Positions 33,277 to 46,129 of a stretch of DNA of 64,000 bases are shown one piece after another. A program made the translations under genes and the position numbers. Location of the stretch: assembly GCA_002269645.1 (NCBI GenBank), contig NIVC01000190.1, positions 62,001 through 126,000 on the forward strand, in the 5' to 3' direction. The stretch comes from Macrostomum lignano (Eukaryota). Under the pieces are notes generated by a model. The model made no database searches. It was not told the origin of the DNA and was given only the letters and a program-made list of their open reading frames with translations. Numbering within the stretch: the stretch's first letter is position 1; each line of letters opens with the position of its first letter.

Positions 33277-34296
33277 AAAATAAGAAATAAAGGCCTAGCT
33301 AAAATGTGTTATACAATTCAATGACAATGAGTTGATCTATTTTAAGATGTGCATAGTTACTTATCCCATTTATCTAATTAATTTTAATAAAATTTTAACA
33401 GAGGCAGAAGGCTTTTTATTTCAATGGATAGAATGGCAGCAAAGAGTTTATGCTTCTTTGTGGGTATATTTATATTTACACAAACTGCGCAAGATTAAGG
33501 GGCCTAGAGAGATTTGAAAAAAGGTGGCATGGCATAATAAGCTATGCTAACCCCCCAGCTTAGTGAGCTGGCTAGCCTGGTGCATAACCAGTTTTACAAC
33601 ATGCCAATTTTAGTGAGCAACAAAGACTAGGCAAAGCCTCTATATGGAATCAAGATAATAGAATAAGATAAGATAATAGAAAGTTAAAACCCATGCTGCC
33701 ATTGTCAATAACCTGAATACAAAAAATGCTTTAGTTTTATAACACAATATATTGACCTAAATATTTTAATGAGAAAGTTTTAAATAATAATTTATTGTAA
33801 GATATATGACAATAATATAATAATACCTTAAAAACCAGGTTGTTTCATTTCAATGGCCATGGCATAATTTCAACTCATATTAAACATGATTACATGAAAT
33901 TGATTGTTAATACACATTATTTGAGCCTGATGTGAAAAAGTGAGATCCCCAAAATGCCAAAACAAGCTGAAATTTAATTCATTGAATTCAACTATGCTGT
34001 TTAGCTTGCAATATTTTTCCTTTATCACTTGGGTATTATAAAAAGCAGACATATAGTTTAACAAATATTTAATGTTTTAAACAAAAACCTTTTTTGTTCT
34101 ATTTAGCTATCTAAAATTGGAATAAGGTGTAAAAAATAAGCTTTTGAGCTTTTATTAGAACGAATATTGGTAAGATAATCTTAATAAAAATCTAGCTAAG
34201 AGAATCTTAGTACTCTTGGAAAATCATTTACTTAAATAATTTTAGTATAAAATTTTGTCATACCCTCAAAACAATCATTTTTTTAACTTTTCAGAA

Positions 34297-36261
34297 ATGG
34301 CTTCTAGACAAACAGCAAATCGCTACATCCGTGAATATCTGTTGACTCTGATGTCAGCAGACAGCACTGCTAATTGTGTAGAGGATGAGAGTTTGTCTGA
34401 AGTTTCTGCTTCATTTCAACTTTCTGAAGCTGAAGAGTTTGCGAATCCGCACGTGTGGAAAGACCTGGCTCCAGATGCTGGTGAAGACAATTCGGAAATC
34501 CCATATTGCTACTCGCACGAAAGTAGTGGTGAATCTTCTGATACAAGCGATGACGAGTCAGGTTCTGCAACAAGCAATCCGCAAACAAGCCGCCCTTCGC
34601 TGCCGGCGAAGCTTCTGACTTTCATGCTGATATTTTCTGTTAGCAAAAGAGCTATGCAACACCTTTTAGTAATTCTGAACGAGGAGGGTTGCAATGTACC
34701 GAAGTCGGTCAGCACTTTGAAACGCTATTGTCAACCTATTTCACATGACCTTTTATCTGTCGCATGTGGTGGCCAATTCGCCTACTTCGGTATTATGAAC
34801 AATATTCGTTTTTGCTTCGAACGCCAGCTTTTAAAGCTCAATGATCACTTCCAGAAGTTGACAATATTAGTCAACTTTGATGGGGTTCCCGTGTACAAGA
34901 GCTCGAAAATGTGTCTATGGCCCATTTTGCTTGCCATTAAAGGTGTTGATTTATCTGTCCCTTTACCAATCGGAGTTTTTTGCGGCACCAACAGGCCACC
35001 ATTGAGTACGTATCTTGAGAGTTTTGCTCAAGAGTTGCGCTCTTTAATGGAAACTTACGTTTCCATTGCTAATAAAGCTATAACAATCGAACGCTGCATT
35101 ATTATTGCTGACGCACCTGCCCGTGCGTTCATTCAAGGAATTTACAGCCATTCGGCTAGACTCGCATGTGGATATTGCAAAATTGAAGGCTCTCGTATTG
35201 AAAACCGTATGTGCTTTCCTTATAATCAATATGAGCCACGTACCAACGACGCTTACATGTCCATGCGTGAAAGTAACCAACTTGTATCTTCTCCATTACT
35301 CGGCATTGTCAATTTCGTGGAAGATCTCCCCCCTGAATACATGCATTCGGTGTGTCTAGGTGTTGTGAAGCGTTTGTTTTCTTTATATGTTTCTTCTATT
35401 AAGGGTATTAAGTTACCGTGCCGATTGTCTGCTGTTCAGAGAATTCATCTTTCGCAGCTAATGATTCAAGTTTCTAAGTGCTTGCCCCGTGAGTTTCACA
35501 GAAAGCTCAGAAGCCTCGACGAATTCGAGCACTTCAAGGCGTGTGAGTTTAGGACTTTAATTGTGTACCTCGCTCCCGTTTTGTTTCGTAAGTTTCTACC
35601 AGCTCCTTATTTTGACCACCTGATGCTATTGCATGTAGCAATCTTTTGCTTTGTTTCACAAGAGCTTTCTACTTCTCTGTTTCATCAAGCATCTTCTTGT
35701 ATTACACTTTTTTGCCAGAGAGCTCCAGGATTATACAAAGGTGCTCTGCAATCTTTTAATGCGCATCTGTTATCCCACATGCCTCATTTTGTAGAATCAC
35801 TCGGTCCATTGGATCAGTGGTCTGCATTTTTTTTCGAAAACTACAACGGAGTTTTGAAGCGTCGCTTAAGGTGCACATCAAATATTTTCATGCACACCAT
35901 AAATACTATGTCTCACATTCGAAACGCTTTTGTTACTACTACTCCTCGCCCGCTATACTTTTCCTGCGCGTCGCCGGACAATTGTTGTATTACTCAATGT
36001 GGTCATGTACTTGCTATTTCAGCTCTATCTATCGAGTATGGGCGCACAAAAGTTATTGGTAAAATTATTCAATTTGTTAGAGACATGTACTCTTTTCCAT
36101 ATAGCTCTTCATCAATAGGCATTGGTATATATAAACTGACAAACAATAGCGTTTATGATGCCACGGCAAAGTCCAAATGTATTCTGATACCACGTGAGAG
36201 CAATGAGTATTTCGTTATTCCTCTCGCCAATCCTGATTTGGCTCTCTTTTCGCCATCCTAA
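34297..36261 (+). CDS. CACTA/EnSpm-type DDE transposase of element A (654 aa from ATG)
   Basis: Motifs NFDGVPVYKSSKMCLWPIL, IADAPARAFI..HS..ACGYC, PPEYMHSVCLGV, FKACEFR, FNAHLLSH, SAFFFENYNG; intronless and intact. Confidence 0.9.
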   Translation: MASRQTANRYIREYLLTLMSADSTANCVEDESLSEVSASFQLSEAEEFANPHVWKDLAPDAGEDNSEIPYCYSHESSGESSDTSDDESGSATSNPQTSRPSLPAKLLTFMLIFSVSKRAMQHLLVILNEEGCNVPKSVSTLKRYCQPISHDLLSVACGGQFAYFGIMNNIRFCFERQLLKLNDHFQKLTILVNFDGVPVYKSSKMCLWPILLAIKGVDLSVPLPIGVFCGTNRPPLSTYLESFAQELRSLMETYVSIANKAITIERCIIIADAPARAFIQGIYSHSARLACGYCKIEGSRIENRMCFPYNQYEPRTNDAYMSMRESNQLVSSPLLGIVNFVEDLPPEYMHSVCLGVVKRLFSLYVSSIKGIKLPCRLSAVQRIHLSQLMIQVSKCLPREFHRKLRSLDEFEHFKACEFRTLIVYLAPVLFRKFLPAPYFDHLMLLHVAIFCFVSQELSTSLFHQASSCITLFCQRAPGLYKGALQSFNAHLLSHMPHFVESLGPLDQWSAFFFENYNGVLKRRLRCTSNIFMHTINTMSHIRNAFVTTTPRPLYFSCASPDNCCITQCGHVLAISALSIEYGRTKVIGKIIQFVRDMYSFPYSSSSIGIGIYKLTNNSVYDATAKSKCILIPRESNEYFVIPLANPDLALFSPS

Positions 36262-37177
36262 TCCTATTTTGACTCCATTCTACTTCGGGTGTGTCATAAG
36301 TAATGCCCACTAAAAAAGCTTGGTCGGATTCCGATCGGAAATGCAGCTCGGAAACCGAGTGGAAATTTGTCCCGGGAAATCCATTCGGATTCTGATCGGA
36401 TTTGACGATCGGACTCATCCAGAGCTTTTCGTTTCACTTTCCGAGCTGATATAAATGACGAAGCACAAAGCGAGTACAAACATGCATGTGCTACAATGTA
36501 GCCGAAGATCAGTGTACACGCAGTCACGCATGTACATTTAGACAGCCCGATCCCGTCTGAAAATTCAATGACACAAAGACCGGGTGTGCATCATTTTACA
36601 TCAAATACAAAATTGCTCAATGGCAGCAGATGGAAAGGAATAATAAGTGTTTATTTAGTGTTTACAAAATAGAACATTGCAGCAACGCGTGGTGGGCCAC
36701 CAAAGCAGTCACTAATAGGGTGCAGGTTGGAGACAGTTCGACAAGTATTTTATAGTTGTTAGGTCAATTTGATTAGGCCTAGTGTAGTGCGGCTGAAAAT
36801 GTTCTGTTAAAATTGCACTAAATATTTAATTGTTGCTATATAGTAACTATAGCAATTGCAAATAGCATTATTATGTTATTAATTTCTACTTTTTTGACCC
36901 TTGAAAATAAAGCAAATATTAATTATAAATTATTTTAATCGTTGTCTAATTAAAATATAATCGCACCAGTTTGAAAAGCGCGCTGCAATCGAGTGAACAA
37001 TTGTAAGGCGCTGCGCTGCGAGTGAACTGAAGACGTTAAATTGCTGTAGTGAAACTGTTCAAATTCGCGGCCTTCAAACCCAGTTGTACTACACTAGCAT
37101 TTCGGTCTCGGAGCAGTTAAAATTTAAGTTAGCGCGAAGTTTCGACGAAAGGGACAATTTTTTACTATGCCACCAAG

Positions 37178-39688
37178 TTACATATTTTCCTCGTCAGTGC
37201 TGTCGGATATGCGTTGCACTCGCATCGTCGAGCGACGCCTGCTTGGAGTGGGGGCGCCATGCCCGCCGGCCACGTCCGATTCAGCTGATCCCTCGTGGCT
37301 TCGACGCTTCCGGACGCCATCGAAGAACCGTTCGATTGCCTTATTGATGTCGTGCAGCGTAAATGAAGAGCCCAACGCGTCTGAAATTTGACAATCACAA
37401 CATAAGCAGGTTGTCAAGTCCACAACTGTTGACCTGAGAGAAATACATGTATGAATTACGGCATGAATACGTATGGTTATGGCAGTACCCACCCCGTACA
37501 TTTATCAGTACGTTGTATCAGACAGTATATCACTATTGATATCACTATTAAGAATCAACTCTGGTAATTGGTACATATGCGACAGTAAAGCATAACCTAC
37601 CCTTCACAATCCCTCCAAAGCACTTGTCGAAAGACATCTTGGAGTTCTCTTGTTGGCCACGGCCTCGGGCATCCTTGCCGCCAGTGCGATTGAAGCGCTG
37701 CTGGAAGTCTCGCGCCAGAAGCTCGTTCATCGCATAGCGAACAGACTGAGTCACAGAAGGGCCCAGGCACTTTTTCTGAATGAACGAAGTCTAAAATTCA
37801 CACATGAAAGCGTCTGGACCATTTCCCCGAGTCTACAGTACCGAAGTTCCGAACGCATGGTGGAAGTTTAATAGTAAGAGAAATGCTCATAAGATATTAA
37901 CTAACCAGCGCAGTCTTGGCCTCCGCACTGGCAGAAATCTTCTCGACTGCACTGTTGAGGTCGGCCTCATTTGCGACAGGAAGCCCGAATGGAATTTCGA
38001 GCGTGGGTGCCGCAGCAGCTCCCCGGAGACTGGACGACTCAATCGTGGCCTTTAGCTTCATGAGTTCGCGAATGCTCAAGAGCTGCAGACAGTAGAGCCC
38101 TGAATAATGAGTTGAAAGTTGCATAGTAAATTAACTTCAATTTACGTGCCAGTTCCAAGCTAGACGCTGTCGATTTCATCCACCTAGCTGTTCAAGCAAC
38201 GAGTGTGCGCTGGTCACCAGTTACATTTTGCGGCTGTTGTCAACTACTGCTATCTCAGCGTCAATAACAATAACTCCATTACCTTCAACAGATCCCCACG
38301 TGTACCCACAAGCCTCAACCTGGCTTCTGGCTTGCGTTTCCAGCTGAGGCAGAGCTGAAAACTGTGGATTAAATTTTCGTTAGAAACCGTGGCAAGTTCT
38401 GAAAAAAACTGTTGCAAGACTTCATGAAACGAGTTTTACAAATTACCTGCGCAGGCTGTCGCAGCTGTTCGCGCGAGAAGCTGGCTCTTGGGGCTGAAGT
38501 TGGAGTGCACGAAAACTGCCTAGACGGGTGTCGAGTAGGCGTCGAGCTTCCAGACGAATTGAGAGCTGCTTGAGGGTGCAGTCGCTCAAAGGCTGGGCTG
38601 TCGATCGACTGCGGTTCTGGTGGAGGTGCCATGGAGGTGCGGTTCTGAAGTTTCCTGACAGTGCTCTGCGCCATTGTGCCGTCGTAGGCCTGGGTTGGTA
38701 AAGAAATGATTAGAATAGATAATTTTTTTCTCAGCACGTTAATCTGTAACATAGTAGGAGAAATGATATACTCAACAGTAACCATACACGCATTGAATGA
38801 GATGATGCAGACATAACAGAGGTGTATAGATATAAACATAACAATGTGATGTGTGACAACAAGCCGTCACGCTAGCCTGGCATTGGGGTGAGGTGAAGAC
38901 AGTGTTAGATTAGAGAAATTAAAGAAAAGAATAAAATCCAAACTATTAAAACTGTCTCAATCATTTTGTAATATGTCTGGCAAACTGCCAAGTGCAATAA
39001 TTTGAAATTAATAAGCATACTGTACTCCAAATGCATGAATACATAAAGACTATAAATGCTTGACATTTTTAAATAGACACAAATGTAAGCACGTACTTCT
39101 GCAATTCCCGAAGCTTGCAGAGTTGGCAGTGGAGGGAGGCAAACAACACCAGAAGACCCAGACAATGATTCACTTCTCTGTGTGGGACCCCGGTTGGCTT
39201 GTCCATGGCTGGCTGCATCAGCAACCTACAATTATATTATTTTATATTTTATATTAACGCACGTGGCAGACCTTAGTTGTATACTAAATATTAAATTAAA
39301 TATTATTTTACATTATACTTACAGCATCAATATCTGTTGCATCATTGTCTGTCTCAAGATTCTTCATAGGAGGAAATGTCTGTCTTTTGTTGGATCGAAC
39401 ACGATCTGGCAGAATCTTTAGTAGCTTGCTTGGACGATAGTGCTTCTCTTTGACCACAGCTCGTAGCATGGCAACAGTGTCACTGGTGTCACAGGCATGT
39501 GGAACAACTTGCAAAACAATGCAATCTTCCAACTTGTCATTATATATTACCTGAATATGAACTTCTTCAAGTTTGTCCACTTGCCTCCATTGCTCAATAG
39601 TCCACTTAGTAAAAGAGCCAAGAAGGCAATCTTCCTCATCAGCTTCTATTACTTCATAGTCAGAGGTAAAATACACAATAAACTTCAT
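37178..39688 (-). CDS. Element B partner protein (467 aa, 7 exons), C-terminal DUF4806/BEN-like domain
   Basis: Exons 39688-39323, 39225-39097, 38689-38447, 38361-38283, 38099-37906, 37790-37601, 37380-37178, phase-consistent, 1404 nt. LPVANEADL..KCLGPSVTQSVRYAMNELLARDFQQRFNRTG..KMSF..DINKAIERFF resembles the DUF4806 pattern and is homologous to the element A partner. Confidence 0.75.
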
Positions 39689-40388
39689 TGAGTCACTGCA
39701 ACAAGATTACTGAACTAAAGTTTTATTATTTAATGATTTAGCAACTGCACAAGACACTGCATGTACAAGAAGGACTATTTACTCATTGTGGTGTAATGTT
39801 GGCCAAGCAGTAACTAAAGTTTTTACAGCATAATATGGCACATAACATGTAATTATTCCATTGGAACAAGTGAGTTACAAATTTAGAGGATACACAAAAA
39901 ATGTTTATTGAATTGTTCATAGGGGCCTATTGCTACTTGCTAACTTACTAGTAGACAACTTGTCAAAATACATTTACACTAGAATTCTGCCACAAAAATC
40001 ATAAATAGTCTGACTAGGACATTCACATTGAAGGACACATTACTTAAATAATACGTACTCATATTTGCAAGCACTTAGGAAGGTTATAATAAAGCATAGA
40101 AATTATACAAAACAATAATAATTGTTTTTTGTAATAAAATTAATTAATAATAATAATAAAAATAATAATGATCATCTTATTTCATACCATGATCCGAACA
40201 AATGCTTTAGTTTGTTAATGGCTATAATGGCTATACTACTTCAATATTATATAATATATATGGAATTATATATTTTTTTATTCTAGACCTAATTAAATTA
40301 TATTTGCTGACTGTATACACAATTACATTTGTAAACAACTTAGGCAAGACACAATTATGGACGATGGACTTCAGGCAAATAACTTGAT

Positions 40389-42299
40389 TTACTTGATGCA
40401 AGGAATGACCAGATAGTCTCCGCCAAAGGGAATTAGAATGGCCTTCTTAGAAGGTTGCAAGTTGGATACAAATGTCTTTGAATGCTTATAGTAGCCTATG
40501 CCAATTGATTTTGATGGATATGGATAGGAATAAAGGCTTCTATCAAATGTGAGAACCTGGCCTGAAATAAGACCATCATTTAAATTGGTGACAATGACAA
40601 CCTTTCCATCAACAATAGCACAGTTATTAGGACTCTTATTAGTAAAACCAATGTCACCCAACTTGTCATTAGAATATAAAAATCTCACATTCAACAACTG
40701 GTTGACAGATTGGGCAAAAACATGATTGGTACAACGAATTCTCTTCTTGATCAATTGCAAGTAGTTTTCAAAAGGGAAAGCTGAAAACGTGTCAAGTGGG
40801 CCATACATTTGCACAAACTCAGGAAGGTGCAACAGAGCATGCCAATTATAAGAAACTACACTGTTGTAATATAGGCTTGGTGCCTCAGCAACAAACTTTT
40901 TCAAACAAGCCTCAGCAGCATCAAAATAAATTTCACAGTACTCAGGTGAATTAAGGACTGAAATTGACCAATGCAATAATAGATAATGATTAAAGTAGAC
41001 CTTTGGCAAGGTATTCTTAAAAAGGAACGGACCAAAGTACAAAAGACATTGGCGGAATTCCGTTGCTTTAAAGTATTCAATGTCAGCAAAAGTGCGAAGC
41101 CGTCTTTGAAAATCTGAAGGAACAAATTCCTTAATATACATTATTTTTCTATTTATTTCCTCTTTTAATTGGGATGACAACTTGCAAGCAAGTCGAATGT
41201 GCTTTGCTCCAAGGAAGTAAAATTTGAGCAACTTCTTTACAACCCCTAAGTAGACAATATGCATTGGGTCGGGTACAAAATTGGAATACATTGGAACAAT
41301 CCTGGCTAGTGGAGAAATACCAAGTTGGTTATTTTCACGCCCTTGTTCATAATCTTGATTTGTTCGAGCCTCTGCAATGGTATTAGAAAAACAAATTCTG
41401 TCACCTGTGTAATTTCCTACTTGACGACACCAACTACAGCCAAGATAACTGGAATGACCTTTCAAACATTGAATAAAGTTTCTAGCAGGTGTGTCACAGA
41501 TAAAGACAATTGACTTAATAAAAATTCTTTTCATATTATAGTCAAAACCATTCTGTAGACCTGCAATTTCAGAACAAAACCTTTCTAAGAAGACATGTAG
41601 GTCAGGCTTTCCAATGCCACAAAAAAGGCCAAATGGCACAGGTCTAAAACAATTATTTACTAGCATCAATATAGGCCAAAGATTGATTCTAGATGACTTG
41701 AATAAAGGAAGACCATCAACATTTACCCTTAAGGAAACAAAGAAGTTTGTAATTCCAGATGGAATTGTAAGGATTTTGGAATCAAGTAAAAATTTCAAAT
41801 TGTCCACAATGGAGAGAAAGGCAACATGACCATTATTGACATTGAACCTCGTGATCTCTGTGCTTGGACACTGCCTCTTAAGCATGTAGACAGAAGTGGG
41901 TATGTCAGTGAAGAAACGAGCCAAAAGCCGAAGTAGGTAATTCATGGCAGCACTAGTAATATTGAATGTTATGTAAAACAATAGTAACTCTTGCACCAAA
42001 GTAAGTGGCGGAGGTCTATTATAGCCAAGAGAGTCATCTTGTTCTTCAACTTCTTCATCCATTTCTTCCTCAAAAAGAGCATGCATTTGGCTATCAAAGT
42101 CCATTGGCATTGGACCCACTGCATCAAAGAATGTCTCTTCAGGCTCAGCATTGCTCTTTGTATCTTCATTTTGTCCCATCACATTTTCTAGATCTAGCCT
42201 AGCCTCAATATTTGTAGCCCCAATCGTCGGAAGCTCTTGTAGTATTTCTTGCATTTCCCTGGCTACCTGTCTATTTGATGCACGACTTGGCAAAGCCAT
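40389..42299 (-). CDS. CACTA/EnSpm-type DDE transposase of element B (636 aa)
   Basis: Motifs NVDGLPLFKSSRINLWPIL, ICDTPARNFI..HSSYLGCSWC, VPDPMHIVYLGV, FKATEFR, YNWHALLH, SAFPFENYL; collinear with the element A transposase. Confidence 0.92.
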   Translation of the reverse strand: MALPSRASNRQVAREMQEILQELPTIGATNIEARLDLENVMGQNEDTKSNAEPEETFFDAVGPMPMDFDSQMHALFEEEMDEEVEEQDDSLGYNRPPPLTLVQELLLFYITFNITSAAMNYLLRLLARFFTDIPTSVYMLKRQCPSTEITRFNVNNGHVAFLSIVDNLKFLLDSKILTIPSGITNFFVSLRVNVDGLPLFKSSRINLWPILMLVNNCFRPVPFGLFCGIGKPDLHVFLERFCSEIAGLQNGFDYNMKRIFIKSIVFICDTPARNFIQCLKGHSSYLGCSWCRQVGNYTGDRICFSNTIAEARTNQDYEQGRENNQLGISPLARIVPMYSNFVPDPMHIVYLGVVKKLLKFYFLGAKHIRLACKLSSQLKEEINRKIMYIKEFVPSDFQRRLRTFADIEYFKATEFRQCLLYFGPFLFKNTLPKVYFNHYLLLHWSISVLNSPEYCEIYFDAAEACLKKFVAEAPSLYYNSVVSYNWHALLHLPEFVQMYGPLDTFSAFPFENYLQLIKKRIRCTNHVFAQSVNQLLNVRFLYSNDKLGDIGFTNKSPNNCAIVDGKVVIVTNLNDGLISGQVLTFDRSLYSYPYPSKSIGIGYYKHSKTFVSNLQPSKKAILIPFGGDYLVIPCIK

Positions 42300-44220
42300 T
42301 AAATCAAATTAATCAATAAATGACAATACTTATTTATTATTAGAACTAGCTTTTGCCTTATATGTTTTTAGTACACAATGTAGTCAATTATTTTAATTTG
42401 CAGTCTCTTTCAATATGAGAAATCTAGGACTAGCACTAGATAGAATTTATAGAATTGGCCCTTGTTTACTACTTTGCGATGGTCTGAATTGAAACTGGCT
42501 ATGAGTATAGTACAATGTCAGTATATATTATGTATAGCTGGACAATTGGTGCCTATCATATACTGTACTCAAATATTAATAAGCTTCTGCAAGTGCCACT
42601 ATGGTCAAAACTCACTATGCAGTATTGCAGTATACCAAATTGTTCTTTTTAGGTATAGTATAATAGTTTTGGCTAGCTGTTATCACAAATAAACAATAAT
42701 AATATATTTTATTACTGAAATTAGCGATTATATAGTCCGCCAGTAAAAAATTCAAGCATACAAGATAATAGGAGACTAAAGAAATGCACTAAATGAACGA
42801 AAGGAGTAGCATACTAGTATAGTATTTGCGTGTAACCACAGATGAAGTTGCAGAGAGTTCAAAGTTGTGGTCTCACTGTCCTGTGTTGGCTAAAGGAGCT
42901 GTGTTCAAAAGAGCTGATGTTCCAAGCGAGCGCAAATTAGTGAAAATGGAAGTGTGCAAATTAAACTGGTCAATAGCTTCAACACTTGATCGCGTAAAAC
43001 AAAGCTTGCTAGCTGTTCTTCTTGCAAATTGCGAGGGCGCAGAATTCCCGTCTAAAAGAGTTTTTTCTTCAAAGTGGACAGTCATCATACTAGTTGATAA
43101 GTATGCTGATATTTTTGCGAAGCTTGCGTTCAAAATTATTGTCGGAAAGTGACGGCTCGGGTGCAGTGTAAATTCCGGTCGGAATATGGAGCCTCATATT
43201 CCGGTATGTTTCCGGGGTGCTTCCGAGAAGCAAAGAAAGCCAGGAAATACTTTGTGTAGTTTTTGGATGTCATTGGAGCACATTTTTCATCGTTTTTTTG
43301 CTTGCAAATCTAGTTCCACCAGATTCCGATTGCCCTGCTAAAATCCGGCCAGATTCCGATGTCAATCCGATAACCCGTTTTTAGTGGGTGCCACTGCATC
43401 CTTCTGTCTAAAGTATGTAGGCATATGCACTTAAGGATGGTCCAGCTGCAACGTATAATTCACCAAAAATCTCAGCAAGACGCCTGCGCCAAGCAGATTC
43501 GCATGGACTTTTCCAAAAGGAGTTTTCGCAAAGTATGAAGATGTCAACAGGCCGTGTTGCACTGGTTCCGGCAGCTGGAGGAAAAACTGGAGGAAGGCTG
43601 AGTTGGAGAAGCTGTATGAGCACTGCCAGGGGTCGATTGATATTGGGGGGACACTGTGTTGTTGATAGATACGGTTTTGTTCATCTGCGGTTGTAAGTTT
43701 GTCTGTTTTCACATCACTCAGTGACATTTCTTATGACACACCCGAAGTGTATCGGTATTTTGCGTCTTTGTTTCGTGTTTTACGGTTTAAATTCTCACAA
43801 AAGTCTTATGCATTATTGGCTTGTGTAAACATTGGGACTTTTAATTAATGTTCTTGAAGAATGAGCTCCAGTTTGACTTTAACTTCTTTATTTTTTATTT
43901 GCACTTTGGATATTATAAGTATAAAAAGATACTTAACTGCTTGTAATCTTCAAGTTTTGTTCATATTTTTAGATAATGAACCGCCGTTATTTTAAATTAC
44001 TAGTCCACCCAATCTGCATGCTGCCCTATACTTTCTTTTTCTATCTAGTTAGCTTGTATCTACTATGGGGAGCTAGAATACTGCCTAGAACTTGTTCGCC
44101 TGCCAAATTCCTTTACCGAGGATCGCTTACTAAAAGTAAAATTATTGAACAAATGCTAAAATTTTGATAATTTTCTCAAAACTAATTAAATAGCCAGTCC
44201 ATTTGTTTAAAATTGCAGAA

Positions 44221-46129
44221 ATGTCGCAAGCAGGCGAGTCAACTGCATTTATGCTGTTTTTTCGGACTTTTAATCAATTCCGCGTAATTGCTGGTGATTT
44301 CATAGATTTGCCGCACCGCAATTGGACAGAGGAAGACTGGATGGACACTGGGTACGCAGAAGTCGCAGTTGACTTGCAGGACGAAAATGGATCAAGTACA
44401 GGCATTGTAGTCCAAGTGGCTACATCTATTACCGATCTAAATGAGACATTTAAAAAGGCAAAGGATCTTCGCTACAAAAAAAACTTCTCGTTGGCCAAAA
44501 TCCTGACGTTCTTTCGCCGTTTTAAGTCCGGTCGGGATCACGTGCCGCCTATGAGAAACCTAACTACCGAAGATGAGCAAACCGATGCAGATTTAGATGC
44601 TGCAGCAGTACGAGTGAAGGCTTTACCTGCACAGCATCAACAACAGCAAGAGATTCAGCTGCCATCAATGCCTGCCAAAAATGCACCATTAACTACACGT
44701 ACAATTTCGAATGAGTCAGCGGTTGAGACTACTGTTGTTTCGACAGGCGTGTCTACGAATTTGGTTAGTCATGCATCAGCATCGTTTGCCCCTCAGCCCC
44801 GCGGTGGTGGAAGGTTTCAGTCAAATCTACGACCGTACATTCAGTCGCTGCAGGCGCAGGGTATTGACCCCTTCTCTCCGGACGGTCATACTCATCTGCT
44901 GCTCCTTGTCCTTACGGAAGTGACCAAACTAAAACAAACGATTGCAGAAATCAGACCTGCTGCGTCAATGGCCAACACCAACACGGCAATTGATTTGGGC
45001 CTTCCTATCAAGGACCGTGAAGAATACGCCGCTTTCTCGAACCGCGTCAAGGAGAAAAATTTTCGACAAAGTATTGTGAGTCTGACCGCATGTTTATTTT
45101 TCTGAGTGCATATTATACAGACAATCATTTATGGCATGTTTGGATTGAGTAATTTCCCTATCCTGTATACTTCGCATATCGAATGTCATGGTCAACAATT
45201 TCAAAGTCAAAAGCTAAGACTTAGTGGATATTTTTGATTTAATCAAATAACTATAATATTTGAAGCAGGTGCTTCTGATTGCATTTTTACCTAAGTCTGA
45301 TGTCATTGACATCATTGTAGGTTGCTTATCTCCGCCGGCTGGGCGGCCAGTCAGTTGACAGAATGATTACGTCAATGGTGGATGCACTACTGGCAACTGA
45401 TTTTCAACGCCAGTTTAATTTGACTGGGAAGGATTACAGCCAGCAGGGGCGGCCGAGATCGAAGATATCGTTTCGTGAATCTATTGAGCCCATTATCAGC
45501 GGTAAGTCACATACTCTGTGAAGCGTAGTTTTGCAGGAGAATCATAATCCGATTTATTATTTAGTAGTGGCTATTGTTTTTAAAACAAGAGTAAATTTAC
45601 TAAGTTTTCTTAATTCCTACATAAAATATAGGAGAATAGAATTAATTACTGTAGAGAACCAAAATTTATCGTAAAGGGAAGGAAATTAGATCGTATACCA
45701 ATGCAGTGCGTTATCAGACTAAATACTATACAGTATGCTGCAGTTGTTGTTTAGAAACTTTCATAACTTCAGGGTCATATCAGTTATTTTCAGCTATTAT
45801 GCCTATCTACTTACGCAATATAGCTTTATTCAGATGTTAGCTCTAATATATTGGCCTATTGATGGTATTTTAAGTATGCAAATTTAATCTTTTTTCCAGA
45901 AGCAATGGCCACGTGCAAGCCGCCAGTCACGTCGGCTGAGGTCACCCGGCGCATTAGTCGCTATCTGCAGGATGTTGGCCAGCGTTGTAAAGCCCTAACG
46001 CGCTTAAACCCTCAGCCTGACGGCAATGAGGAAAGCCAAACCGAGGGACGCGATTCTGCCGACTGCGACAGCGAGGATGAAGATTTTGAACCACTTCACA
46101 AGAGAGTGGCAAGGCAAAGGGAGACCTAA
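44221..46129 (+). CDS. Element A partner protein (421 aa, 3 exons), C-terminal DUF4806/BEN-like domain
   Basis: Exons 44221-45075, 45321-45501, 45900-46129, phase-consistent, 1266 nt. LPIKDREEY..LRRLGGQSVDRMITSMVDALLATDFQRQFNLTG..KISF..EVTRRISRYL. Confidence 0.8.

Larger units (their letters stand above)
36306..43388 (-). mobile_element. CACTA/EnSpm-type DNA transposon B, 7083 bp, apparently intact
   Basis: TIR CCCACTAAAAA at both ends; subterminal (T)CGGAT(T)/ATCCGA repeats; 2-bp TSD TG (36304-36305, 43389-43390). Two intact genes on the minus strand. Confidence 0.9.
36282..43748. mobile_element. Small (about 380-bp) TIR element whose left TIR is split by element B
   Basis: ACTTCGGGTGTGTCATAAG (36282-36300) is the perfect inverse of 43730-43748. 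After removing 36306-43390 the match extends (TAATGCCACTG versus AAATGTCACTG). No convincing TSD. Confidence 0.7.
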
